Part shown: positions 29,101 to 39,058 of the stretch, piece by piece
Position numbering within the stretch: position 1 is the first letter of the stretch
How the letters are laid out: every line of letters begins with the position of its first letter
The notes under the pieces: generated by a model
The model's database searches: none
What the model was told of the DNA's origin: nothing
What the model saw: the letters and a program-made list of their open reading frames with translations, nothing else
Source of the DNA: Piedraia hortae CBS 480.64
Lineage: Eukaryota
DNA: 48,498 bases
NCBI GenBank assembly: GCA_010093745.1
Contig: MU005960.1
Span: forward strand, 432,849 to 481,346
Reading direction: 5' to 3'
Made by a program: the position numbers and the translations under genes

Positions 29101-30645
29101 TCGTCAATCGTCACCCGGGGACTGGTGGCTCAAAAGCAGCGACCGTCGAGTGTGTCTTCTGACACCGAAGACGAAGCGGTAAGTGTTGGTTCAGGCGAAC
29201 TTCCAGGAAATCCATCCGAGTCAGAAGAGGAGTACGAAGCATCCTCCACCCCCGAGCCAGTTACAAAGACTCCAAAACTCCCCAGCTCCAGTGATGACGA
29301 GAGCGTGTACGAACGAATCAACACAACCATCAAGCAGCCCGTACGCGTAGCCGACGTCAGCAAGCCGACTGTGATTTTCCAAAAAGTCGGCGAGGAGAGT
29401 TGTAATGAGCACTACGTGACAAGAACCATTGCTCCGAAAGAGCAGCGATGGGTTTCAAAATGCATCACAGAGAAGAAAAAGACCCCGCTAAAGACATATG
29501 GCTCAAAAAAATCAAAGTATTTTGACGATACCTTTCCGCAGCCCGAGTCTTCCGACAGCAAGACCCCACGCTCATCTGCCGAAAAGCCCGCTGCAGAGCT
29601 TCCATCGCGCAGCAGCCCCGATACATCCCGGTCCTCCCGCCGGCAATCAACCGACGAATGCGTCCAAGAACAACTCCTAAGCGAAATGGAAGCCGCCCTT
29701 TCTCAAACCCAACAAAATCTGTCTCAACCTACCCCAGAAGACCTATCCAAAGAAATCGCAGAGCTCACAACCTCCATCCTCACCACCGAACTACCCCCCT
29801 CCTCAAGAAAACCCTCTCCTGCTAAAAAATCCACCCGCCTCAAATCCCCCCACTTCCACATCCCTCCCCTTTCCGCCCCTACATTCGGTCTAATCCAAGA
29901 ATCCCTCCGCTCAGAACCGTTCTGGCTCCTGGTGGCATGCTCCCTGCTGAACAAGACAAACTCCCGCTCTGCTTTACCAATCTTTCATACTTTGAAAACT
30001 ACATACCCGACACCAGAGGATATTATTTCTGCGGACGAGGAGACGATAAAGGAGATGTTAAGACCGCTGGGGCTGTTTAATAAGCGCGCGAAGACGTTGA
30101 AGGATTTAGCGGGGGAGTGGGTCGAGCATCCGCCCCAGAGGGGCAAGAGGTATAAGGTTAAGGATTATCCGGACACGGGGGATCATGTTGGGTGGAAAGG
30201 AAAAATTGGGGGGTTGGTCACTGAGCCCATATCTGCTGCGTGGGATGGAAACGTCGTGGGGGATGGTACCCTGTCGGGGAAAGGGAGGGATTTATCAGCC
30301 TTCCACCCGGATGGTAGGTCTACTCGCACGCCCAGCGGTGGTGAAGGCGGTAAGCCCGCCCACCCGCCTACTGGTGAGAATGGTAATGCCGCCCACCCGA
30401 ATGGCACCAACACCCACCCACCCAGCGAGGAAAACTGCAAAGGCGCACTAGAGATTGGCCATTTACCCGGCTGCGGCCGCTATGCATATGATGCATGGCG
30501 GATTTTCTGTCGGGATGAGTTGCGGTTTTCGGGGGGTGTTGTTATTGGTGAGCCGGAATGGAAGAGGGTCAATCCGCAGGATAAGGAATTGAGGGCGTAT
30601 GTTAAGTGGTTGTGGGCTAAGGAAGGGGTGGTGTGGGATGGGTAG
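26200..30645 (+). CDS. ~1481 aa protein: long low-complexity N-terminus plus C-terminal MBD4-like HhH-GPD DNA glycosylase domain
   Basis: First ATG at 26200. C-terminus FGLIQESL..PFWLLVACSLLNKT...PTPE...LRPLGLFNKRAKTL...HLPGCGRYAYDAWRIFC...WKRVNPQDKEL..YVKWLW matches the MBD4 catalytic domain (HhH motif, catalytic Asp in QDKEL). Confidence 0.85.
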   Translation: MGSRKRHREPSGEKRSEKRRKSSLGERPFAAAGFLEDTLSSRRAFGLGRTEERRVSLEKDKGKGKGENTLMGKSLPELRKKVAAAKAQNVEPRLGKETPVLHQKAHVDKAPVKEKSHLKKNAISQKVVTRPVEKTTLAPRETPLDKAPSKEVAPHSVEYPGKVPSKEKVVLEKTTTSQKETPATVEDKKAQRKKRKEEKRNKKKERRSKRAAKDLLKRAARTKLPLPRERFWVDDRPVRKQSVPEHQNFHPQDQPQNVNFSSQGRRAFLQSQLWGEGALDSPHGDSLIGEETPVLPSLWGNSASEEPRKSPLPNSNSRENGEQPDTPLPRSSQSVFGWESTGETPQREYSKKTTEPKLHQTMRDWDFDSNLDFTLDAQSNKAAPPNVNAAQPTSPSKLNRTPTRPTQQNEEADTTLTSSSPSLRNRTPTPNTHTKGRQPSPSTHFISAYWNPPPLTKGRSTSPIRNPSSSNPFSLSNNAPHPRNAVPTPNFAETAKHTAAPPPRNEKSPKGELPQASESPSPPKLPGGFKLRYKPNPISSKPKQCEDVRTRFQRFSQIAGSDSHSESESDSSQERGSGGGLRTQHGRDCDRDGADEETETERLTSVREKGTQAERLNIRDAREATAAAMFEDDAELDYRKEILGNLTEKGPGGKTAVQMLGEIKAERAKHKDLTTPGVESFQRADGGKSAQESVPDKENGLEGKTASLRLKERRAARTVRAATELCGNGEDPEPRSSDDNTVGEVRQLEEKAEDEPPELTDVVASMKPVENARTSPESPACVELSKGESMPTAAISRHGTAAAQPDEQTAIRTDILGKELAKRGALRRISQPHDTEGSATGASAERSEYKMGRRVVRKSEAVQNESPSDASGMTVSKVRTFVKSALQPLTSTDGDSLSVKAKQEKQIDRMKGMVNPADEPPADSGTQPSAKAVVNAGRFRAAAGRKKRQPARGRISSSEESDDEQVPSSIVTRGLVAQKQRPSSVSSDTEDEAVSVGSGELPGNPSESEEEYEASSTPEPVTKTPKLPSSSDDESVYERINTTIKQPVRVADVSKPTVIFQKVGEESCNEHYVTRTIAPKEQRWVSKCITEKKKTPLKTYGSKKSKYFDDTFPQPESSDSKTPRSSAEKPAAELPSRSSPDTSRSSRRQSTDECVQEQLLSEMEAALSQTQQNLSQPTPEDLSKEIAELTTSILTTELPPSSRKPSPAKKSTRLKSPHFHIPPLSAPTFGLIQESLRSEPFWLLVACSLLNKTNSRSALPIFHTLKTTYPTPEDIISADEETIKEMLRPLGLFNKRAKTLKDLAGEWVEHPPQRGKRYKVKDYPDTGDHVGWKGKIGGLVTEPISAAWDGNVVGDGTLSGKGRDLSAFHPDGRSTRTPSGGEGGKPAHPPTGENGNAAHPNGTNTHPPSEENCKGALEIGHLPGCGRYAYDAWRIFCRDELRFSGGVVIGEPEWKRVNPQDKELRAYVKWLWAKEGVVWDG

Positions 30646-33327
30646 GAAGGAGGGTTTAGGAGGGAGGTGTGCTGGCAGTCGACTGTGTGGTTGTTGATGG
30701 TCCATTGCAAGTCATGCTGTGCTTTGAGGGAACCGGTTTGATAAATGGGACGGGCAAAGTATGGAAATTACGTAGATGTATAATTATAATGCGGTGGAGT
30801 GGTGGGATTTCATTCGCGGAACAAAGTAAAATGAAAGAGTGGCACCTAAGAACTGGGTGTTGTTTTGATGCAGCATTCCAAAGTTTTGTCTTAAGTGTTG
30901 TTTGTTCTCTCTTTCTAGATACGTTCAACTAATCATCCACATTCGACACTGCACACTCGATCCTCCCTTTTACTTCCTATCAGTGATTCGGAGTCCCAAT
31001 ACTAACAAAAGATGAAGATGTGAAAGGGGCTGAGGACGAAGGCCTCACTCGTGTTCCCTCTGACAGTTTATGAGCCCGGCAGTGTTATTCACGCTGTCCG
31101 AGTACACTTCCGTCGATCCTCGTTAAAGGTCAAGGTGCCCAAATCATTGTTCCAAAGGCTGTGGATACCTAGCCGCCGGACAGGGTCTTACATAGCAGAA
31201 TATATTGTGAATTTCCTCCGCTATAATGAGATAGCTGATCAGATCTTCAATTTTGATTTTATTCCACTAAATCGTCCTCGCAGCTACCTGCAATAGCAGC
31301 TAGATGCGCTTTAGCCGTAACGTAGCTGAGCACCTAGTCCATGAAAGAGTCGCTGTCTCATAAAACCCGCTCAGCAGTAAAGCGGTATACAAAGGTACCT
31401 GCCATATGCCATAGCAGCTAAAAATCACAAAACCGCTGAGCGACAGCTTAGCGGCTCATAATCACAGCACCTTAATCTCCGCTTCCGCTCGTGAGGATCC
31501 CTCCGGGTGCTGAATTGGTGGCTCACAAAGTTGGGTCGGTTTTCAGTCACAAGTTGGACGGCCGTGCAAGTCACTACCGTTCCGGTCATGAGGAACCCCC
31601 TGGCCGCTTGCTTAGTTGATCGCAGGGTCGATTCAGTCCACGGAGGCAAAGTGGACAGTCACGTCCAAAAGTCCATCACCGGATCGGTCGCTCCATAGAA
31701 TACCCGGGTTGTGAAAGAACTTGACTGGTCGTTGCAGAAGTCCAGGTTGCATTCGGCTGAATTGGGTCGATAATGCTGAAAGTTAAACTGTCGGCTGGGC
31801 CGATTCGGCTAGGAGTTGCTGTCCAGCTCGATTTACCGGATCACACCAGCGAAAACTCCCACAAGATATCCATCGCTTGGCTCGTTAACGTTTGGCTTGC
31901 CCGTAAAAGCTCACCGGGTCATTCTCCAGATGCTTGAATAACCATAGCTTGTCTTCCGTAATTAGACGCTGTTTGTCGCCGGAGAGGGGAGAAAAGACGC
32001 TCGTGTGAGAGATTTGTGGTGCGATGTGCGAGAGACTAAAACTTGTGCGGTATTGAGGAAGGAGCATGCACGAAAGGTGTGAGAGAAGTGATGTCCAGGA
32101 GACGATGAGAGAGTGAGATGAGAAGGGGATAAATGCTTGGGAAACCAACTTGATTATATGTCAGAGCTACCCGCACTAATGCAAGCTAAGCAGAGGTCTG
32201 ACCCTCGCTGAATGACCCCTGCCAAGCTACCCCACCACGAATGGCCGCATCAGCTGGATATGCTTCATCCACGCTGAACAGCTGTCGACCGATATCTCTG
32301 CGATTGTGATGAGGAAAAATTCACCATTAATTTACCATGAAGATCCCGCTGCGCGTGAGACTTTTACTAGGAAATAGAGGTGGACACCTCAACGGATAAG
32401 TGTTCAAATGTTCGTGAATGTGGGAGTGGCCATACTTGGCCATGAACAGGTCTCTCGCTATCTGGTTTGGCAACGGTACAGGTCAGTTTTCACAGTTGTA
32501 AATCCATCCAGGAAGAGAGAATTTGTCATGAACAGTCATCGAGTTGGAACAGGATATAAGCAGCCATGGATCTGGGCCTTTCATGACTGTTCATTAGCCT
32601 GACGATTCGAATACCATTGGGATGGCGTGCATGGGCACCAGCCTGTAGATCAGCAGCGTTTTCCTAGTGTAAGAACACAGCTTCTCTTTGAGTTTTTTGT
32701 GGAGCATGGCGGACTCATGGAATTCACCTGCATCTCCACGCCAAGGTGCGAGACCCGATGAAGTTGTGGGATACGGAAAGCTTGAGGTCGATGAAAATGG
32801 GCCAACCTGTTTCTACGGGGCATGTCAGGTTGCAGAACGGTTAAAGATGTGCAATGGCACCGTACGTGTCTTTAGCGTTATCAGCTTGGTTGCTTCCTGA
32901 ACGTTGGTGATGGCAGGGGTTGCTACCCAAGAGATGGCCGTGGATGTGCTTATATGATGTTCTCTGTTCAGCGTCTTAGCACCTTGCCAGTCAGGAGCCT
33001 GAGTTTATAGAGTGGTTTCTTGGTGGAGGTGGGTTATACTTGTGCCTATCTGGGAGCTGGTATCAAGAACGTTTTGGTTATTGCCCAACAGATAGTTCGT
33101 AGTACGAACTAGAGACGTAAGTCATGTGGGTTGTTCACTTGCAGGACTCCTGGAAGCTTGCACGGTGCCCACTGCCCCAAAGGTTCATTCCAGTCGGCCG
33201 TCCGAAGAGGTGACAAGTAATCACGCTGTCACCTTCACGATCCGCAAGCCGTACGAGTTTGCATGCCCTTTAAGATGCCGTAAACATCGATCGTTATGTT
33301 GATCCATAAGCCCGCCCTTTGACGAGT

Positions 33328-34164
33328 TCAGCCCACAAGGTCGACAACAATACAAACAAACCCATCAGGGCACGCGAAAGCCGCCAATTCTCCCACTGGC
33401 GCCTGTAACGGCACGACCACACCATGCAGGATCGGCTTCGCGAGGAGAACGTTCCTCCGACTAGGAAAAAGCTCTGGCATGAGCCCGTTTGCCGCCTCGC
33501 CAAGCGTAACGCCCACCTTCACCGACGCCTGCACAACCCTTACGCTGGTCGCCTTCACCAAAAACCTGACAGGCACACGTGAAATTTCAGCATGCTGCAG
33601 TGCCATGGTCACTAACTTCTCATCCGCTTTACGGAATCCCTCAAGGTCGCATGCCACCACGGCTTTCCACAACCTATCGGAATCAGCAACAGACATTTTG
33701 TTCACAGCTTTGGCAGAGCCTGTGCGGACATAATCCGCTTCTTTGAGGGCATTGAAGAAGATTTCGCGGATCCGCTTCTCGCTGCCGTCGTAGGGGAGAA
33801 GGGTGTCAGTTGGGAAGTTCGTGAAGTGGACGGTTAGTCTCCAGGGCTGGGTAGAGTCTTTGGTGTCGGTTTCCGACCCGGGAGAGAAGAGATCATGGAG
33901 TAGACCAAGAGGATAGTGCCATTTTAATGCCACGTCTTCACACTCAAGCCAGGCTTGGGTTAGGGATGCTTCGTTGGAGAGTTGTCCTGCAAAGAAGCGG
34001 TGTAGGCGTGGGAGGAGGAAGCAGGTGTATCCCATTCGGGGGTACTGAATGTAGTAAGGTAGGATTGGTTGGCCGGTTGTTGGGGAGGCCGATGCTGCCG
34101 CTAGAGTGATTTCCAGAGGCAGACTGCCACCCCAAACCTTCTGGACGATGGTGGTGGATGACAT
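33328..34164 (-). CDS. ATG5: Autophagy protein Atg5, ~278 aa, intronless
   Basis: ATG 34164; VWGGSLPLEI, PRMGY..LLPRL, LKWHYPLGLLHDL, PWRLTVHF, FFNALKEADYVR (Atg12-acceptor Lys), LHGVVVPL. Confidence 0.93.
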   Translation of the reverse strand: MSSTTIVQKVWGGSLPLEITLAAASASPTTGQPILPYYIQYPRMGYTCFLLPRLHRFFAGQLSNEASLTQAWLECEDVALKWHYPLGLLHDLFSPGSETDTKDSTQPWRLTVHFTNFPTDTLLPYDGSEKRIREIFFNALKEADYVRTGSAKAVNKMSVADSDRLWKAVVACDLEGFRKADEKLVTMALQHAEISRVPVRFLVKATSVRVVQASVKVGVTLGEAANGLMPELFPSRRNVLLAKPILHGVVVPLQAPVGELAAFACPDGFVCIVVDLVG

Positions 34165-34317
34165 AAAAAGGACAGTTGACAACCCTAATGTTTGTCAAAG
34201 GGCATGCAGCTGCACGCCATGCCTAATCGCGATTAGAGTCAACAATGGACCACGCTGATTGGATGATGTCCACTTAGGCAGCCACGTGGAAAAAGCCGTA
34301 GGTTCTATACACTTATC

Positions 34318-35580
34318 CTATGCAGCAGCTAGCCGTCGCGGTTCCTCCTGCTGTTGTGATGCTGCGGCAACGATCAACTCCTCCTTTTGCTTTCTGATGA
34401 CGCTCAAGACGATGTTGAGCGAAGTCTTCCACGACTCCAGTCTGCTGGCTACTTCCCGCCATTGTCGGTCGCCGAACGTGCGTTGCGTGCATCTGTGAAT
34501 CAAAAACTCTTCTTTCAGTTGCGAAAGCTTACCCTCTACCAGACCCGAGCGGATACAGTCAATCACCCACGTCTCGACGTCGTCTATGGGAATTTGCAAT
34601 GCGTCTGCGATGCGCTTGTACGGCAGAGTGCGGGTGGCCTCGCTTTGAGCGGCGAGGGTTGTGAGGGTGAGGAGGCGCATCTTTCGGTCGAGAATGGATT
34701 CATCGAGGCCATTGTCAGCCAGGAACGAGGGGCTCGCCTCCTTGAACTCCAGTAGATCATCGTATGTCTGCGTGCTGAACAAGCCAAGCAATTCCATCAA
34801 CGTTTCGTCGGTCTTGCGCAGGGCCTGGATGCTTTGCAGCTCAAAGAGGTCCTGGAAGTCAAACTGGCGCTCGTTTTGCAGCGCGTGCTTGACGGCGCGG
34901 ATGCTGAGCTTGTGCGCTTCCTCCGAGGACGGCTCATCCTGGGCGGTTCGCAAGGCACGGAGAAGGTATGCATAGCTCTCCGCTTTCTCGCCAGCCGATG
35001 CCGCTGCTTCTGACACGCCGAGGTACAGCTGGCGCTCGTCTCCATCGTCAAGCTCCCACAACTCGACCCATTCGCCTAGATTTCTTAATTGCGGCCGCAG
35101 CGTCTCGTAGTTGCGCGACTTGGAAACCATCTCGATGATGGCCAGCAACATGTTGAACCGGATGCTATCATCGGGATCGACCGAGTTGAACAGAGTACCC
35201 ATAAGTCCCAGAGCCAGTCCCACTTCATTATGAGTCGAGGTCGTGATCCTGCGCTGGGAGAGGTATTTGCAAACGCGCTGCAGGAACATGTCGGGATCTT
35301 CGTCGGCTGCGATGAGGTGGATGACGAGGTTGTAGGCGGCTTGGAGGTCGCGCTCGGGTGCATGATTCAGGGCGGCGGCCGCAGCTACGACGACCTTGAG
35401 CGCCTCAGTCTTGTCTGTCTCTTGCGGGGCCTTGGGGTTCTCGGGATCGGCCAGGAACGGCGTGAGGTCAGCGGCGACGGTGGAGTCTTTGCCTCGCAGT
35501 CCGTCGAGGTATTGGGCAAGCTCGAGTGCGAGCTCTTCCCAAGACCCTTCGACGAGGGAGAGCTTAGGTAGGACGGACAT
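34318..35580 (-). CDS. eIF3m: Eukaryotic translation initiation factor 3 subunit M (PCI domain), 420 aa, intronless
   Basis: N-terminus VEGSWEELALELAQYLD; AAYNLVIHL; PCI region RKMRLLTL, IADALQIP..DVETWVIDCIRSGLVEGKLSQ, RTFGDRQW. Confidence 0.92.
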   Translation of the reverse strand: MSVLPKLSLVEGSWEELALELAQYLDGLRGKDSTVAADLTPFLADPENPKAPQETDKTEALKVVVAAAAALNHAPERDLQAAYNLVIHLIAADEDPDMFLQRVCKYLSQRRITTSTHNEVGLALGLMGTLFNSVDPDDSIRFNMLLAIIEMVSKSRNYETLRPQLRNLGEWVELWELDDGDERQLYLGVSEAAASAGEKAESYAYLLRALRTAQDEPSSEEAHKLSIRAVKHALQNERQFDFQDLFELQSIQALRKTDETLMELLGLFSTQTYDDLLEFKEASPSFLADNGLDESILDRKMRLLTLTTLAAQSEATRTLPYKRIADALQIPIDDVETWVIDCIRSGLVEGKLSQLKEEFLIHRCTQRTFGDRQWREVASRLESWKTSLNIVLSVIRKQKEELIVAAASQQQEEPRRLAAA

Positions 35581-35938
35581 TGTGTGCTGCGAAAGGCGTG
35601 TTCTGGGGAAGCGAATTTGGTTGTTGGTGTGTAGTCGGGGCCTCCCGCGCGGGAGCAGCCGGACGGAAGTGGCCGCAGCGAGCAGCCAATCAGTGTGACA
35701 GCCGTTCGCTTATGGAGATGCAATGGAAGCCTATGATTTGCTGGATGGTAGCCTCTGTAATGATCAGACCCTGCTACAAATGTCTCTTAAATCGTTCCAA
35801 CTGTGTGCATGCAGGGCGGTGGATATCTTGGCAGCCGTTGCGGCTAAAGCTCGGGCGCACCAACGTCATTGTCTCCAACCACAAAGGCCCGCAGAAGGGG
35901 GCCCATTATCTCCCACCACAAACAATAATGCTCTAATT

Positions 35939-37666
35939 ATGAGTCGTCGTATCGCCGGTCCGAGAGTAGACATCTTTGCGCCTCGTGTACCAGTATCGAC
36001 GTTCCCAAGATCGTATCCTGTAGTCCACACGTTCTCCCGCCCCGTAACTTCCACTTTCGCCGGCCAACTCGCCGTGCGCTTGCGGACTGCCGCTCTATGG
36101 CGGACAGCGCAGAGGAGATGCAAGAGCACAAATAGCCCGGACGAGCAAAAGTCGCTCTACAACCGCCTGCACAGGCCAAACAAGGAGGAGCTGCTGGCGG
36201 CGGCCACCGGGTTCTGGCAGAGGCTCCGGGTCAGATTCAAATGGTTCTCGATACGAAGTCTGCGGCCCTTCAATGGCGATGACATCTTTGCCTTCGTTTC
36301 GTGGATCTTCTGGGGCCACGTGGTTTGGTTCGTCATTGGCACGACGACGTTTGTCAGTCTCGCAATATGGTTCATTAACACGGTACTTGCACAGGAGACG
36401 CTGGCAGGATGGGTGGGAGAATACTTGACCAAGAGTTCGGGGCTGAAGATTGTGTTTGAGAGCGCCATCGTGCCCAAGTGGAAGGACGGCGTCATCACCT
36501 TCAACAACGTCTTCGTGTCGAGGCGGCCGGGAGGCAAGACTCGAAGGACTTTTAGCAAGGGCTCGTCGACGTCCGCCGCGGCTGCAGCTGCTGAAGTAGC
36601 CCAGTTGCATGCGGTCGATGCTGAGGATGACGGCAACTATACGCAGTTTGACGTGACAATCAAGACTGTCAACGTTACCCTGTCCTTTGCCAAGTGGTTC
36701 AACGGCAAGGGCCTGCTGCACGACGTGGAAATCGCTGGAGTCAGAGGCGTCATTGACCGCACACATGTCCAGCCAGCAGAGCCGGATGTAGATCCAAAGA
36801 GCTACCGCCATGAACACAACACTGGCGACTTCGAGATTGACAGCTTCAAGATGGAGGATGTTCTGTTAAACATTCACCAGCCAGGCGGCTTCCGTCCCTT
36901 CTCTGTCAGCATATACCACTGCGAACTCCCTCGACTTCGCAAACAGTGGCTCTTTTACGACTTCCTCTCGGCGAGTGCCATGACTGGCTCGTTTGACGAT
37001 TCGCTCTTCACACTACATCCGCAACAGGCCCACAGTATACGCAGCGACGAGAACAATGTCTGGAAGAAGCACAGCCGGCTGCGCATAGACGGGCTGAACA
37101 TCGACCATCTCAACCGCGGCGTCCAGGGCCCGTTCAGCTGGATCCACCAGGGAAACGTCGACATTGTGGCAGACGTCATGATCCCGCAGGACGGCGACGG
37201 CAGCATCGCAAAGGTCATGTCCGACTTCTACGACCGCGTGGAAGCGACGGTCACGGGCGACAGCGATGCCAACGCCGCGCCAGACGAACCTGCGGCCGAC
37301 CGCTACGTCGTCTTCGACCTCAGTGTCCACCTGAACGATGTGCGTGCGACGGTCCCGCTGTTCACTAAGGACCTCAGCTACGTGAACAATGCGCTCGTCC
37401 GGCCCATAGTGGCATATATAAACTCGCGCAGGGCCCTCATTCCCGTGCACTGCCGCGTAGTGAAGCGCCAGGCTGAGTTCGACGGCAGTTGGACGATATT
37501 CGACTCTGGCCTGATGGACGACGTCTCGCGGGAGACTTACGATGCATTTGCCAACGACATCGCAGACCAGAGGCTGCAGAGAAAGCGGATGAAGCTGGTC
37601 GGGTGGTGGACGATCCAGCTGGCCGCGCAGGCGCTGTTCCTTGGCCTTGTCGGCCAGGCTGCGTAG
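35939..37666 (+). CDS. MDM31: Mitochondrial inner-membrane protein Mdm31 family, ~575 aa
   Basis: ATG 35939 begins an Arg-rich presequence-like stretch; LLAAATGFWQRLRVRFKWFSIRS.RPFN.DDI; GTTTF; VFESAIVPKWKDG; NYTQFDV; IDGLNIDHLN; NNALVRPIVAYIN. The upstream in-frame ATG at 35723 is considered less likely. Confidence 0.92.
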   Translation: MSRRIAGPRVDIFAPRVPVSTFPRSYPVVHTFSRPVTSTFAGQLAVRLRTAALWRTAQRRCKSTNSPDEQKSLYNRLHRPNKEELLAAATGFWQRLRVRFKWFSIRSLRPFNGDDIFAFVSWIFWGHVVWFVIGTTTFVSLAIWFINTVLAQETLAGWVGEYLTKSSGLKIVFESAIVPKWKDGVITFNNVFVSRRPGGKTRRTFSKGSSTSAAAAAAEVAQLHAVDAEDDGNYTQFDVTIKTVNVTLSFAKWFNGKGLLHDVEIAGVRGVIDRTHVQPAEPDVDPKSYRHEHNTGDFEIDSFKMEDVLLNIHQPGGFRPFSVSIYHCELPRLRKQWLFYDFLSASAMTGSFDDSLFTLHPQQAHSIRSDENNVWKKHSRLRIDGLNIDHLNRGVQGPFSWIHQGNVDIVADVMIPQDGDGSIAKVMSDFYDRVEATVTGDSDANAAPDEPAADRYVVFDLSVHLNDVRATVPLFTKDLSYVNNALVRPIVAYINSRRALIPVHCRVVKRQAEFDGSWTIFDSGLMDDVSRETYDAFANDIADQRLQRKRMKLVGWWTIQLAAQALFLGLVGQAA

Positions 37667-37740
37667 AATACTGTGCTTTCCTAAATGTAGGATACCCTTA
37701 CTGTGCCGCTGGACACATTAATCGCTACACTGATACACAA

Positions 37741-38523
37741 CTAATCTCTCTTCAACGGCACAAGCCTCTCCTCCACGCCATCCTTTGTGATTATGTTAAT
37801 CTGCAGTCCATCACCCACCTCGATATGTCTCTCCACAGCCGAAGTGAACGCATCCTGCACAAGCTTCAACGCAACATCCAGCTCCAACGGCGTCGGCACG
37901 ACAGGCTTCTTCTCCAGCCCCTTCCTCACCAGGTCCGTCTGCTGCACGGGCGCAGCCTGATCAAAATCGTCCGGCACATACTGGTTCTTGTAATTGACCT
38001 GATTGTCGAGAAACGGCATGATCAAGCTCGCCGCCGAACCCGCCGCTCTACAAAACTCCCTCTCGTAACTCCCCACGGGATCGTAGCTGTACAGCGCGCC
38101 GCGTCCCTCGCCATCAACACCACCTAGAATCGCGTGGACATAGTAAGGAAAGAACCTCTTCCCGTACAACACATGGCTGAGCCTCTGCGCACACGCAGAT
38201 ATGCTCATGTTCTTGCCGTGCTGGTGCTTGTACATGCGCGCGATCGTGTCAAGGCGCTCTTGCAGCGCGCGGCCGTCGGCATCGTAGCCCACCACGGATA
38301 GAACGTGTGTCGTCTCGCCGATTCGGAAGAGCTTCGGCGAGTAGCGCGTGTTGATGTTGTAGCCGCTTACGGATCGTGTGTCGCCCGCTAGGATTGTAAA
38401 CGTTGCGCCGGAGATGCCGAGCGTTGAGCCTCCGTTGGACGTGTAGGGGTAGAACGAGTGCGTCTGCACCGGTGCTGTGTGTGGCGCCATTGGATGGCTG
38501 GTGAACGAAGAGATGGTTTCCAT
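37741..38523 (-). CDS. PRE7: 20S proteasome subunit beta-6, 260 aa, intronless
   Basis: FYPYTSNGGSTLGI, AGDTR, LYGKRFFPYYV, YSYDPVGSYERE, LIMPFLDNQV, FTSAVERHIEVGDGL, C-terminal LKRD. Confidence 0.96.
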   Translation of the reverse strand: METISSFTSHPMAPHTAPVQTHSFYPYTSNGGSTLGISGATFTILAGDTRSVSGYNINTRYSPKLFRIGETTHVLSVVGYDADGRALQERLDTIARMYKHQHGKNMSISACAQRLSHVLYGKRFFPYYVHAILGGVDGEGRGALYSYDPVGSYEREFCRAAGSAASLIMPFLDNQVNYKNQYVPDDFDQAAPVQQTDLVRKGLEKKPVVPTPLELDVALKLVQDAFTSAVERHIEVGDGLQINIITKDGVEERLVPLKRD

Positions 38524-39058
38524 TTGGTCTGCGTGCTGGAGCTGGAGGTGAGGTTCTCGGGTAAGGTGAGGTCGCAGTTGGCCGTCGGCTTAGGGTTGTG
38601 TGAGTGGTAGGGTTAGGTCGAGGTGCTGTGAGACGAGGTGGGATGAAGTTGTTTCCTTCAGCGCTATGAACCGTTTGCTACGTTCCGCTGTGAGATGTTG
38701 TTGAGTGCGTTCAATCAGCTATTTTGGATTGTCCCCTCCAACGTTTTCGCTAGAAGCAAGCCTCCCCAAATCTTTCTCCATCGACATGTCACCCGGGAGT
38801 TGAGATCCTTGTTCTAACGTTCAGTTGATTGGCTTGATCCATACCGTGAAGTCCACCCAATGGATAGAGCTAATTTAGCCACCACGCAAGATGGCATCAT
38901 GTGGCGGTTGTACGGCTTGCTGCAGTATGATACCCGCACGCATCTGTGCACCGGAAAGAAGACTTGCGAAACCAGATATGGCGGCGGGTATTGAGAACGC
39001 CTCCAAGAATATTCGGTCCAGCGGCTCCACCTATTAGCCAGCTATCGAAGAATGGAAG

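Noticed and set aside
23805..38523. Apparent proteostasis cluster (PRE1, PRE7, ATG5, eIF3m, plus IRE1)
   Set aside because: Interspersed with unrelated housekeeping genes, and no shared regulatory motif such as a clear GGTGGCAAA Rpn4 site was found. Likely chance.
38588..38618. Telomere-like TTAGGG/TAGGGTTAGG motifs upstream of PRE7
   Set aside because: Only isolated units within a G/T-rich skew block; not an array.
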